Below are positions 25,891 to 34,741 of a stretch of DNA of 64,000 bases, piece after piece (within the stretch, counting starts at the first letter, position 1; the number at the start of each line of letters is the position of its first letter). The position numbers and the translations under genes were made by a program. The stretch lies in assembly GCA_964616855.1 (NCBI GenBank), contig CAZTUJ010000002.1, positions 10,196-74,195 on the forward strand, given 5' to 3'. The notes beneath the pieces are model-generated. The model searched no databases. It was not told where the DNA came from and saw nothing but the letters and a program-made list of their open reading frames with translations. The stretch is from an uncultured Gammaproteobacteria bacterium. Lineage in GTDB: Bacteria; Patescibacteriota; Patescibacteriia; Patescibacteriales; UBA12465.

Positions 25891-26928
25891 ATGCGTTATA
25901 AATTTTATACAACCTCGCAGAAAGCTTGGGACGGCATCCTGTCCGCTCTTGATGGTGCTAAAAAGTCAATTTATATTGAGATGTATATTTTTTTAGACGA
26001 CACTAAGCAGACTCATGATTTTTTAGGAAAGCTGAAAGATAAGGCGGCGGCTGGGTTAGAGATTATAATTATTGCCGATGCTTATGGCAGCAGCAGTTTG
26101 AAGGCTAGCGCTGTTTCTGAATTGAGGGCGGCGGGAGTGGAATTTATCTTTTTTTCGCGGTGGTTGAAGCGCACGCACCGTAAGTTGGTTATTATTGATA
26201 ATCAAATTGCCTTTTTTGGAGGTGTTAATATTGAAAATAAGATTCGTCATTGGCAAGATTTACAGATTCGTTTGCGGGGCCGCGTGTTAAAGCCCTTATT
26301 GCGCTCCTTTGCCTATACCTATCAGCAGTGCGGTGGTAAGAATGATAATATCCTTATTCATAGCCGCCTGCCTTTAGTGAAGAAAATAAAATCATGGGTG
26401 ATTGATACTTGGGAATTCGGCGAAGGGCAGTATGATTTAAATAATTATTACCGTCAGAAGCTCGCCGAAGCTACGGAGTCAATTAAAATTGTTACTCCTT
26501 ATCTATTACCGCCTCGTTGGTTGCTCGCTTCTTTGGATGACGCCGTGCGTCGAGGAGTGAAAGTAGAAATTATTATTCCTGAGGATACCGATATCAAACC
26601 TTTGAATCAGATTAACCATATTAATGCCGCGCGCTTGGCCTCGGTGGGAGTAAAATTCTATTTTACTCCAGTCATGAATCACGCTAAGGTAATGTTAATT
26701 GATAGTCGCGAGGCTTTAGTCGGTTCGCAGAATTTAGATATTCTTTCTTTTAATTTTAATTTAGAGTTAGGTGTCTTCTTTGAACAGAAGCAGGCAGTGG
26801 CTGAATTAGAAAAAATTGTTAACCGTTGGCAGGCTGAATCTAGACAATCCGAGCTTCATTTTAAGCGCGTTGGTCTATTCCGTCGCTTGGTAATGGCCTT
26901 TTTCCGTCTGTTTTTTCCATTTTTTTAA
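25891..26928 (+). CDS. Phospholipase D / cardiolipin synthase-like protein (two HKD motifs)
   Basis: HRKLVIID....GG.N and HAKVMLID....GSQNLD motifs. Start set at ATG 25891, because the track start GTG 25834 sits in the terminator loop. Confidence 0.8.
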   Translation: MRYKFYTTSQKAWDGILSALDGAKKSIYIEMYIFLDDTKQTHDFLGKLKDKAAAGLEIIIIADAYGSSSLKASAVSELRAAGVEFIFFSRWLKRTHRKLVIIDNQIAFFGGVNIENKIRHWQDLQIRLRGRVLKPLLRSFAYTYQQCGGKNDNILIHSRLPLVKKIKSWVIDTWEFGEGQYDLNNYYRQKLAEATESIKIVTPYLLPPRWLLASLDDAVRRGVKVEIIIPEDTDIKPLNQINHINAARLASVGVKFYFTPVMNHAKVMLIDSREALVGSQNLDILSFNFNLELGVFFEQKQAVAELEKIVNRWQAESRQSELHFKRVGLFRRLVMAFFRLFFPFF

Positions 26929-26946
26929 ACTATTACCGCTAACTTA

Positions 26947-26977
26947 AAGGGAGCCTGAGCGCTCCCTTGTTTTTTTG
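26947..26977 (+). terminator. Rho-independent terminator
   Basis: aagggagc/gctccctt stem followed by T7. Confidence 0.7.
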
Positions 26978-27030
26978 CTATTTCTCGTGTATACTAAACA
27001 CTATTCAAAAAATAATTTATTCCTTTTTCC

Positions 27031-29505
27031 ATGCTCGAAAATAATATCAAGATCAGAGGGGCGCGTACGCATAACCTCAAAAATATTAATTTAGATTTAC
27101 CGCGCAATCAACTGATTGTCATTACCGGACTTTCCGGTTCGGGTAAGTCTTCTTTGGCTTTTGATACCGTTTATGCCGAGGGCCAGCGCCGCTACGTGGA
27201 ATCATTGTCGGCTTATGCGCGTCAATTCGTCGGCTTAATGGATAAGCCGGATTTTGATTTAATTGAAGGTTTGTCGCCGGCGATTGCGATTGATCAACGG
27301 ACGGTCGGTAATAATCCTCGCTCTACTGTAGGCACGATTACGGAAATCTATGACTATCTACGTCTGCTCTATGCTCGGGTCGGTTGGCCCTATTGTCCTC
27401 ATTGTCATACCCGTCTTAAAAAAATAGAAAAAAATAGTAGTAGCAAGAGTAAGAAAAAATCGGATAATCCCTACCCCTATGCTTGCACCACCTGCAGTTT
27501 TGTCTTAGCTGATTTAGAGCCTAGGCATTTTTCTTTCAATTCTAACTATGGCGCCTGTGCCCATTGTTCTGGTTTAGGCACCAGAACAGAAATAGACCCG
27601 GAGTTAGTTTTTAATTTGAAGTTAAATTTATTACAAGGGGCAATTAAGCCCTTGGCCCACGCCAATCTCGGTCAAAACAGTTCTTTATTTACTCAGTTAA
27701 AAAATCTGGGTGACCGTTATAGCTTTTCCCTGGAAGATCCTTTACAGAACTTAAGTGCTGGTCAGCGAGCTGCTATTTTAAATGGTGATAAGCAGTGGCC
27801 TGGTCTCAATACGGAATTACTTTCTCGTTATGAAGAAACAAAATCTAATTTTGTAAAACAAGAGATTGAAAAGTGTATGCGTTTGGCTGTTTGTCCAGCT
27901 TGCGGCGGCGCGCGCTTAAAGGCGGAGTATTTAGCGGTAAAAATAAAGAATCTTAGTATTGAAGATTTAAGTTCAAAAACCGTTGATGTTTTACGTCCCC
28001 TCTTAGCTGATTGGCTAGAAAATGCCGCCTGGAACGGTTCTCAGTCCATTGTCCAACCGATTTTAAAAGAGATGGTAAAGAATTTAGAATTTTTAGATAA
28101 AGTCGGCTTAGCTTATCTCACCTTAAATCGTCCGGCTGCTAGTCTTTCTGGAGGCGAGGCTCAGCGCATTCGTCTAGCGGCGCAAGTTGGCTCTACTTTA
28201 AGCGGAGTTCTTTATGTCTTGGATGAGCCTTCAGTGGGCTTACATCAACGCGATAATGATAAACTAATCGCGATGTTGAAGAATCTTCGTGATAATGGTA
28301 ATACCGTGATTGTGGTTGAACATGACGCGGCCATGATGCAGGCGGCTGACTATTTAGTTGATGTCGGCCCGGGAGCGGGTGAGCATGGCGGCCAAATTCT
28401 TTTTGCCGGCAAACCAGAAGAAATAAAAGTTTGTCGCCAATCGGTTACAGGCGCTTATTTATCCGGAGCGAAATCCTTGCCTTTACGCACTTCTTTCCGT
28501 GCTGGCAATGGCCAGCATCTTTCCGTTATTGGTGCCAGTCAGCATAATTTAAAAAATATTGATGTCCATATTCCTTTAGGTAAGTTAGTGGCCATTACGG
28601 GTGTTTCTGGTTCTGGTAAATCTACGCTGATGTCCGACATCTTGGCTAATTCTTTGAATAAGAAATTTTATCGGGCCAAAGTAGAGGTTGGTGCCCATCA
28701 GGAAATTAGAGGCTTAGATAATATTGATAAAGTGATTGATATTGACCAGTCTCCTATTGGCCGCACCCCTCGTTCTAACCCAGCGACCTACACCGGTCTT
28801 TATACCTATGTCCGTGATCTCTTTGCCGAGTTGCCGGAAGCGCGTCTAAAACGGCTGACTCCTGGTCATTTTTCTTTCAATGTTTCCGGGGGCCGCTGTG
28901 AGCGTTGTGCTGGTGATGGCGTGATTAAGGTGGAGATGCAATTTCTAAATGATGTCTATCTAACTTGTGAGGCTTGCCACGGTCACCGTTTTCAACAGAA
29001 GATTCTTGATATTAAGTATAAGGATAAGAATATCTACGATGTTTTGAATTTAACCGTTAGCGAGGCTTTAGAATTTTTTCGTGATCAGTCGGCTTTACGT
29101 CAAAAGTTAGCTACTCTGGATGAGGTTGGTCTTGGCTATATTCATTTAGGTCAATCGGCTACTACTTTTTCCGGGGGTGAAGCTCAGCGTATTAAGTTGG
29201 CGACCGAGTTATCCCGTCGGGCGACTGGCCGTACTTTATATATTCTCGACGAGCCGACTACCGGCTTACATTTCGCCGATATCGACCGTTTGTTGAAGGT
29301 TTTAAATATGCTGGTTGATCAGGGTAATACTGTTTTGATTATCGAACACAACCTAGATGTGATTAAAGCAGTTGATTGGGTAATTGACCTTGGCCCGGAG
29401 GGTGGAGAAGGGGGCGGGCGCATCGTGGCAGCTGGCACTCCTCCAGAAATTATCAAGGCTAAAGAGAGCATTACCGGCGCTTACTTAAAAGAATTTTTTA
29501 TATGA
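27031..29505 (+). CDS. uvrA: UvrA-like excinuclease ATPase lacking the UvrB-binding domain (class II UvrA-like)
   Basis: Two ABC modules ([12 protein letters not shown] and [10 protein letters not shown]; LSGGEAQR twice). Only about 26 aa lie between CPHC (aa 122-125) and CTTC (aa 152-155). 824 aa. Confidence 0.85.
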   Translation: MLENNIKIRGARTHNLKNINLDLPRNQLIVITGLSGSGKSSLAFDTVYAEGQRRYVESLSAYARQFVGLMDKPDFDLIEGLSPAIAIDQRTVGNNPRSTVGTITEIYDYLRLLYARVGWPYCPHCHTRLKKIEKNSSSKSKKKSDNPYPYACTTCSFVLADLEPRHFSFNSNYGACAHCSGLGTRTEIDPELVFNLKLNLLQGAIKPLAHANLGQNSSLFTQLKNLGDRYSFSLEDPLQNLSAGQRAAILNGDKQWPGLNTELLSRYEETKSNFVKQEIEKCMRLAVCPACGGARLKAEYLAVKIKNLSIEDLSSKTVDVLRPLLADWLENAAWNGSQSIVQPILKEMVKNLEFLDKVGLAYLTLNRPAASLSGGEAQRIRLAAQVGSTLSGVLYVLDEPSVGLHQRDNDKLIAMLKNLRDNGNTVIVVEHDAAMMQAADYLVDVGPGAGEHGGQILFAGKPEEIKVCRQSVTGAYLSGAKSLPLRTSFRAGNGQHLSVIGASQHNLKNIDVHIPLGKLVAITGVSGSGKSTLMSDILANSLNKKFYRAKVEVGAHQEIRGLDNIDKVIDIDQSPIGRTPRSNPATYTGLYTYVRDLFAELPEARLKRLTPGHFSFNVSGGRCERCAGDGVIKVEMQFLNDVYLTCEACHGHRFQQKILDIKYKDKNIYDVLNLTVSEALEFFRDQSALRQKLATLDEVGLGYIHLGQSATTFSGGEAQRIKLATELSRRATGRTLYILDEPTTGLHFADIDRLLKVLNMLVDQGNTVLIIEHNLDVIKAVDWVIDLGPEGGEGGGRIVAAGTPPEIIKAKESITGAYLKEFFI

Positions 29506-29726
29506 GTAAGGAGAAAACTATCAGTTTAGTTTTAATTTCCGTTTTGTCTTTTATCTTTTTAGTGCTGGGCATTTTTGTTTTTATTGTTTTTAAGGCTGAC
29601 TATTTAGATTTCCGGGCCGGTCGTCTTGATAATTTACAAATTTTTAAAGATGCGATTTTACTAGGTTGGTGGCTGGTGCTCTTTTCTCTGATTAAATATA
29701 TTTACAAGCAATCTCGGTCTCAATAA
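29502..29726 (+). CDS. Small two-TM membrane protein
   Basis: 74-aa ORF whose ATG overlaps the uvrA stop (ATGA). Confidence 0.45.
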   Translation: MSKEKTISLVLISVLSFIFLVLGIFVFIVFKADYLDFRAGRLDNLQIFKDAILLGWWLVLFSLIKYIYKQSRSQ

Positions 29727-29757
29727 AAAATCCCCCGCACTGCGGGGGATTTTTTTA
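29725..29757. terminator. Bidirectional rho-independent terminator
   Basis: atcccccgc/gcgggggat 9-bp stem flanked by A6 and T7, between convergent genes. Confidence 0.8.
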
Positions 29758-30540
29758 TTTCAACCCTTTTAATTGAGAAGCGATATCGGCTTGTAAATCG
29801 GGGCGGCAGGCGATTAAATCACGACTTTTTAGGTTCCAAGGGCGGCGTTGAAAATCACTGATGGCTGTCCCCGCTTCTTGAGCAATTAAAACGCCGGCGG
29901 CCACATCCCAAGAGCGGGCTCCAGGAATTACTAGGGAATCAAGGCGCCCAGCGGCCACGTAGGCCAGTTCAATAGCAGCACTGCCGAGCTGGCGGCAGTC
30001 TAAGGACTGCATTTTTTGTTTACGGTAATAGGCAAGAGCAAGACGCAGGTCGCGAGGGCTAACGCCATGACAGAAAGTATGGATATTTTTTCCCTTACCT
30101 ATTTTTTTAGGAGCAGACAGGCGCTTACCGTTGAGATAGGCACCCCGGCCTTTAGTGGCCCAGAAAGTTTCTTCTAAAACCGGGGCATAAATTATGCCAA
30201 AAATAAGTTCGTTTTTATAGGCCAGGCCAACGGAGAGGCACCAGAGCGGGTTATGGATGGAAAAGTTAGTGGTGCCGTCGATCGGATCAATTATCCAGAG
30301 ATAATCAGAACTATTCTCACTACGTCCAGACTCTTCTCCTAAGAAAGCGTGATCTGGCCAGACAGCTTTCAGAGAACGGATAATTATTTTTTCCGTTAAC
30401 TTATCTACCGCCGTCACAATTTCGGTGCGACTTTTCATGTTAACCTCTTGGCGTTGGAAATTTTGCCAACTTTTTTTAGCTTTGATACCAGCGGCGGTGA
30501 TAATAGGAGCTAAGACTTTATAATAGTCATCTTTTTTCAT
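29755..30540 (-). CDS. Inositol monophosphatase family protein (SuhB/CysQ-like)
   Basis: WIIDPIDGTTNF and WDVAAG motifs. Confidence 0.8.
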   Translation of the reverse strand: MKKDDYYKVLAPIITAAGIKAKKSWQNFQRQEVNMKSRTEIVTAVDKLTEKIIIRSLKAVWPDHAFLGEESGRSENSSDYLWIIDPIDGTTNFSIHNPLWCLSVGLAYKNELIFGIIYAPVLEETFWATKGRGAYLNGKRLSAPKKIGKGKNIHTFCHGVSPRDLRLALAYYRKQKMQSLDCRQLGSAAIELAYVAAGRLDSLVIPGARSWDVAAGVLIAQEAGTAISDFQRRPWNLKSRDLIACRPDLQADIASQLKGLK

Positions 30541-30553
30541 AAACTGCGCTTGA

Positions 30554-31048
30554 TTAGATATTTTCTAAAATTTTTAATTCTATTTTTTTAGTGTCGGTAT
30601 CCAAAACCGCAAAACAGGCTTTATAGAAAACGCCGCCTAAGGTGCCGGGGTTAGCAATAATTAAATGTTCGTCCTGCTCTAGCCAAGGTTTATGGGTGTG
30701 GCCGTAAAAAATGTAGTCTAACTCGGGTTTTTCCTGGCGCAAGCGGTTTTGGTAATAGGGTTCGTGAATTAGCCCGATTTTTAAACCAGCAATTTCAATT
30801 GCCCCATAGCGACCTAAGAAATTAATATTTTTCCAATTTTTCATTTCACTTTCGTCATAGAGCTCTTGATTGCCGGCAATGATGAAAATTTTTCCAGTGA
30901 AAGTTTCGGCGATGGTGTGGAGAGTGTCGGAATTAGCGAGGTCACCGCAGAAAAGCAGGGTATTAATACCCTGCTTTTGAAGATAGTCAGAGAATGTCCG
31001 CCAGTTGGCTAGATTATCATGGAGATCGGCGGCAATAGCAATCAGCAT
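30554..31048 (-). CDS. YfcE/MJ0936-family metallophosphoesterase
   Basis: AADLHDN, LFCGDL and GHTHKP motifs, 164 aa. Confidence 0.75.
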   Translation of the reverse strand: MLIAIAADLHDNLANWRTFSDYLQKQGINTLLFCGDLANSDTLHTIAETFTGKIFIIAGNQELYDESEMKNWKNINFLGRYGAIEIAGLKIGLIHEPYYQNRLRQEKPELDYIFYGHTHKPWLEQDEHLIIANPGTLGGVFYKACFAVLDTDTKKIELKILENI

Positions 31049-31051
31049 AGG

Positions 31052-31627
31052 TTATTTATCTTTGCGTAAGCGGATTTCGTAAGCCATTTGCTCGAGTTTA
31101 CGTAAGTGGCCACGTGCTTGGTCATATTTAGTGCGGAGATAGCCGGTGAGATCAAAGTCCAGCAAGCTATTCATGATTTCTTCCGCTTTTTCTTTCATTT
31201 CAGCCACACTTTCATATTTACCTTTAGCGGCGCGGTTAGTAGCGAAGCGGACCATTTCTCCGATTAAATCACAGAAGCCACCGAGATAACTGTCGTAGCC
31301 GAGTTGTAGGCCTTTAATCGGGGTGATCTTGTTACCTGAGACAATCATGGAAAGAGTTTTAGCTTCCACATATTCTTCAGCAGCCGCGTGATAGGCTCCT
31401 TCTTCGCGCAGGCGGCTAACACCAAAGTCTTTCTCCATTTTCTTTAAGGTTGCTTCCATGCTGGTTAGTTTTTCAGTGGCGACACTTAGTTCTTCTCGTT
31501 GTAGAGAAAAGATCGTCTTTTTGGCCTGGAAGAGAACATCGTTAGAACGGCTAATAATTTGGCGTCTTTCTATCTCTCTTTTTTGATAATCGGTTTTTAG
31601 TTTCTTGATGAAAACAGCGTTAATCAT
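31052..31627 (-). CDS. Translin/TRAX family protein
   Basis: YDSYLGGFCDLIGEMVRFATN aligns with translin D.EDYL.G...L..EL.R....N. The C-terminal LRTKYDQARGHLRKLEQMAYEIRLR aligns with LRKRYDGLKYDVKKVEEVVYDLSIR. An EEYVEA acidic motif is present. Confidence 0.7.
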   Translation of the reverse strand: MINAVFIKKLKTDYQKREIERRQIISRSNDVLFQAKKTIFSLQREELSVATEKLTSMEATLKKMEKDFGVSRLREEGAYHAAAEEYVEAKTLSMIVSGNKITPIKGLQLGYDSYLGGFCDLIGEMVRFATNRAAKGKYESVAEMKEKAEEIMNSLLDFDLTGYLRTKYDQARGHLRKLEQMAYEIRLRKDK

Positions 31628-31649
31628 AGAATTGTTATTTATTATTTAT

Positions 31650-34600
31650 TTAGATTACTCTGAAAACTTCTTCAAGGCTGGTTTCACCTGCCAGAGCTTT
31701 TAAGACTCCGTCTTGGGCAATAGTGACGGTGCCGTCTTTGATGGCGGCTTGTTCAATGTCGTAGTCAGTGGCACCAGCGTCTTGGATAATCTTTTGGATA
31801 GTGGGATTATTGGAAATGGTTTCGTAGAGACCAACTCGGCCTTTGTAGCCGAGATGTTTGCATTCTTCACAACCAGCACCACGATAGAATTTGAGAGTTT
31901 TAGGTATGCTTACTTCCTTGTTATTGATACTGGCAATGATTTCTTGGACGCGGCGCATAGTTTCTTCGTTGGGCGTGTCTTCTACTTTACAGTGGGGACA
32001 GATGCGTCGGGCTAAGCGTTGGCCGATAGAGAATTCAATAGCATTAGCTAGGGATGATTTTTCTACCCCTAAGCCGGCAAAGCGGGAGATAGCGCCGGCA
32101 GCGCTATTGGCGTGAATAGTGGATAAGACTAAGTGTCCAGTCATAGCCGCCTCAATGGCAATTTTGGCTGTTTCTTCGTCACGGATTTCTCCAATCATCA
32201 TGATGTTTGGATTCTGGCGCAGGAGGGAGCGCATGGCGGCAGCAAAAGTATAGCCATGTTCAGTGTCAATTTGGGTTTGCATGGCGCCGGGTAGTTGATA
32301 TTCAATCGGATCTTCAACGGTAATAATCTTGACGTCCGATTTATTTAATTTATTTAAAATACCATAAAGTGTTGTGGTTTTACCGGAGCCGGTGGGACCG
32401 GTGGTAATAATGATGCCTTTGGTTTTGGTCATGGCCTGGTCTAGCCTTTTTTTGGCAACCGAGGTAATGCCTAAAGTTTCTAAATCTAAAGCCGCGGCCG
32501 AGGTAGAGAGTAGGCGGACAACGATGGTTTCGCCGTAGCCGCCGGCAATAATGGAAAGACGGCAGTCTATTTTTTTACCATGGAGATAAACGCTGAAACG
32601 GCCGTCTAAAGTTGCCCGTTTGATATTGGTGGCAAAGCCGGCTAGGATTTTTACTTCGGAGAGGATGGGTAGATAGCTGGTTTTGGGGAGATCAAGGATG
32701 TCGTGCATGACGCCGTCGATACGGAAACGTACTTTGACGCCGGTTTCGGTTGGTTCGATGTGAACATCACCAGCATCACTGGCGCTAGCCATGCTCATAA
32801 TCAGTTTAATCAGTTCTTTCGAAGGGACGTCACTGAGATTAATAGTTTGGCCGATATTTTTTGTTAAATCTTGAGCACGATTATATTCTTCTTCCGTGAT
32901 TTTAACGCCACGGCCGATAGTTTGAGAAATCACAATGTCATATAATTCATCAACATAGTCAAAGTTGCCGATGACGCGGTAGATTTCATCTAAAGAGGTA
33001 ACACCCTCTAGGCATTTTAAGACGCCGTCTTGCAGCATGGTAATCATGCCGTTTTCAATTGCTTGCTGCAGAATTTTAAAGGAGGGCGCTTTATCAATGG
33101 TTAGCTGTTTAAGGTTGTCATCCATGGTAAAGATTTCGTAGATGCCAATTCTTCCCTTATAGCCGATGTAATTACATTGTTCGCAACCTGCTCCCGCCTT
33201 ATAGATCTTCGGTAATTTAGAGGGGATATCAATATTAGCCTTTGGAGAAATGACGGCTAAGATTCTTTGTACTCTTTCTTCTTCTTCGGGGGTAACGGTA
33301 TGTTCTTGCTGACAATGGGGACAAAGTTTGCGCACTAAGCGTTGGCCGATGACGGCATTAATGGAGGGAACTAAGAAATAGGGCTTAACGCCGATGTCAA
33401 TTAAGCGAGGAATAACGCCGGCCGCATCATTGGTGTGCAGAGTAGAAAGGACTAAGTGGCCGGTGAGTGAAGCCTGGACGGAAATCTCTGCTGTCTCTAA
33501 GTCGCGAATTTCACCAACCATGATGACGTTGGGATCTTGGCGTAAAATAGAACGGAGACCATCCGAAAAAGTATAGCCTTTTTTTGTCTCTACTTGGCTT
33601 TGGTTGATGCCGGCTAATTGGTATTCAATCGGGTCTTCTAAGGTAACAATTTTAGTTCCGGGCTGGTTTAATTTGTTTAAAACGGCGTATAAAGTGGTAG
33701 TTTTACCAGAACCGGTAGGACCAGTGGTGAGAATGAGGCCGTTTGGTTTTTGAATTTCTCGGCGTAAAGTCTCCAGTATTCCTGGGCGGATACCTAAGCC
33801 TTCGAATTCTAAAGAAACGGCTTTGGAATTTAATAAGCGCATGACCACGCTTTCGCCGTAAGCGGTGGGCAGAAAAGAAGAACGGACATCAATTTTTCCT
33901 TCTTTAAGGTGAATAGTATAGCGTCCGTCTTGAGGTTTGCCGGTTATATTAATCTTTACCCTGGCTAGTATTTTCATGCGAGTGACAATCTTTTTCCATT
34001 TATCCCGGTCAACTTTGGCTGCTTCTTGTAAAACACCATCAATACGGAAACGAATGGCCACGCCATTTTCCTCGGCTTCTATATGGATATCGCTCGAGCC
34101 AGTTTTAATGGCCGCCGCTAAAATCAGAGTGACGATGTCGCTGACATTAACTTCATTAATTTTGTCATTGAGATTTTTATAACTAGCAATGTCTTGTTTA
34201 AATTTTTCTAAATTTTCCGCGGTGATTTCCACACCGGAATCATATTTTTTTATTTTTGGTACGGCTTTATAGGCCTCAAAAGCTTGGTTGAGACTATTTT
34301 GGGAAACAAGGTAGAGTTTAGCATCGGTAAAATACTGTTCATTTAGTCTTTGAATTTCATCAGCGATTTCTGAGCTCGGTTCAACGCAGGCAACGCGAAC
34401 ATTTTTGCCGTCATAAAAAAAGCAGACAGCGTTTAAAAAGCGCGACTGCTCTTCCGGAATGAGCACTAAAGCTTCGGGGCTAATGGGAAAGCCGAAGAGA
34501 TTAACATAAGGCAAGCCGATAGCCGCAGCTCTTTTTTCCGTTTGTTTTTCAATTTCTTTTAATTTGATTTCGGTTTGCTTTTTAGCAAATTTGCCCTGGA

Positions 34601-34664
34601 TACTATCTTCATCGCTGGCGGAAGCATGGTCAATCAAATTTTCAATAGAAGCAACATCGCTCAT
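31650..34664 (-). CDS. Tandem-duplicated PilB/GspE-type (T2SSE) secretion/pilus ATPase
   Basis: An N-terminal T2SSE_N-like region is followed by two complete modules. Each has GPTGSGKTTT, DPIEYQL, GEIRD, GHLVLST.H and a CPHC...CE.C..GYKGR cluster. Confidence 0.9.
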   Translation of the reverse strand: MSDVASIENLIDHASASDEDSIQGKFAKKQTEIKLKEIEKQTEKRAAAIGLPYVNLFGFPISPEALVLIPEEQSRFLNAVCFFYDGKNVRVACVEPSSEIADEIQRLNEQYFTDAKLYLVSQNSLNQAFEAYKAVPKIKKYDSGVEITAENLEKFKQDIASYKNLNDKINEVNVSDIVTLILAAAIKTGSSDIHIEAEENGVAIRFRIDGVLQEAAKVDRDKWKKIVTRMKILARVKINITGKPQDGRYTIHLKEGKIDVRSSFLPTAYGESVVMRLLNSKAVSLEFEGLGIRPGILETLRREIQKPNGLILTTGPTGSGKTTTLYAVLNKLNQPGTKIVTLEDPIEYQLAGINQSQVETKKGYTFSDGLRSILRQDPNVIMVGEIRDLETAEISVQASLTGHLVLSTLHTNDAAGVIPRLIDIGVKPYFLVPSINAVIGQRLVRKLCPHCQQEHTVTPEEEERVQRILAVISPKANIDIPSKLPKIYKAGAGCEQCNYIGYKGRIGIYEIFTMDDNLKQLTIDKAPSFKILQQAIENGMITMLQDGVLKCLEGVTSLDEIYRVIGNFDYVDELYDIVISQTIGRGVKITEEEYNRAQDLTKNIGQTINLSDVPSKELIKLIMSMASASDAGDVHIEPTETGVKVRFRIDGVMHDILDLPKTSYLPILSEVKILAGFATNIKRATLDGRFSVYLHGKKIDCRLSIIAGGYGETIVVRLLSTSAAALDLETLGITSVAKKRLDQAMTKTKGIIITTGPTGSGKTTTLYGILNKLNKSDVKIITVEDPIEYQLPGAMQTQIDTEHGYTFAAAMRSLLRQNPNIMMIGEIRDEETAKIAIEAAMTGHLVLSTIHANSAAGAISRFAGLGVEKSSLANAIEFSIGQRLARRICPHCKVEDTPNEETMRRVQEIIASINNKEVSIPKTLKFYRGAGCEECKHLGYKGRVGLYETISNNPTIQKIIQDAGATDYDIEQAAIKDGTVTIAQDGVLKALAGETSLEEVFRVI

Positions 34665-34741
34665 AGCGGCTTAATTAATAGCCGCAGTCAGTCCGCCGAA
34701 AACTCGGCAGCCTTGGCCGCGGCTAAGAAGAGATTTGAAAT

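Noticed and set aside
25008-26928. Patatin and PLD-like genes considered as effectors of an anti-phage system (CBASS-like).
   Set aside because: No cyclase/nucleotidyltransferase, sensor, or other defence-associated partner is adjacent. The PLD protein looks like a two-HKD cardiolipin-synthase type, and the context fits membrane metabolism better.
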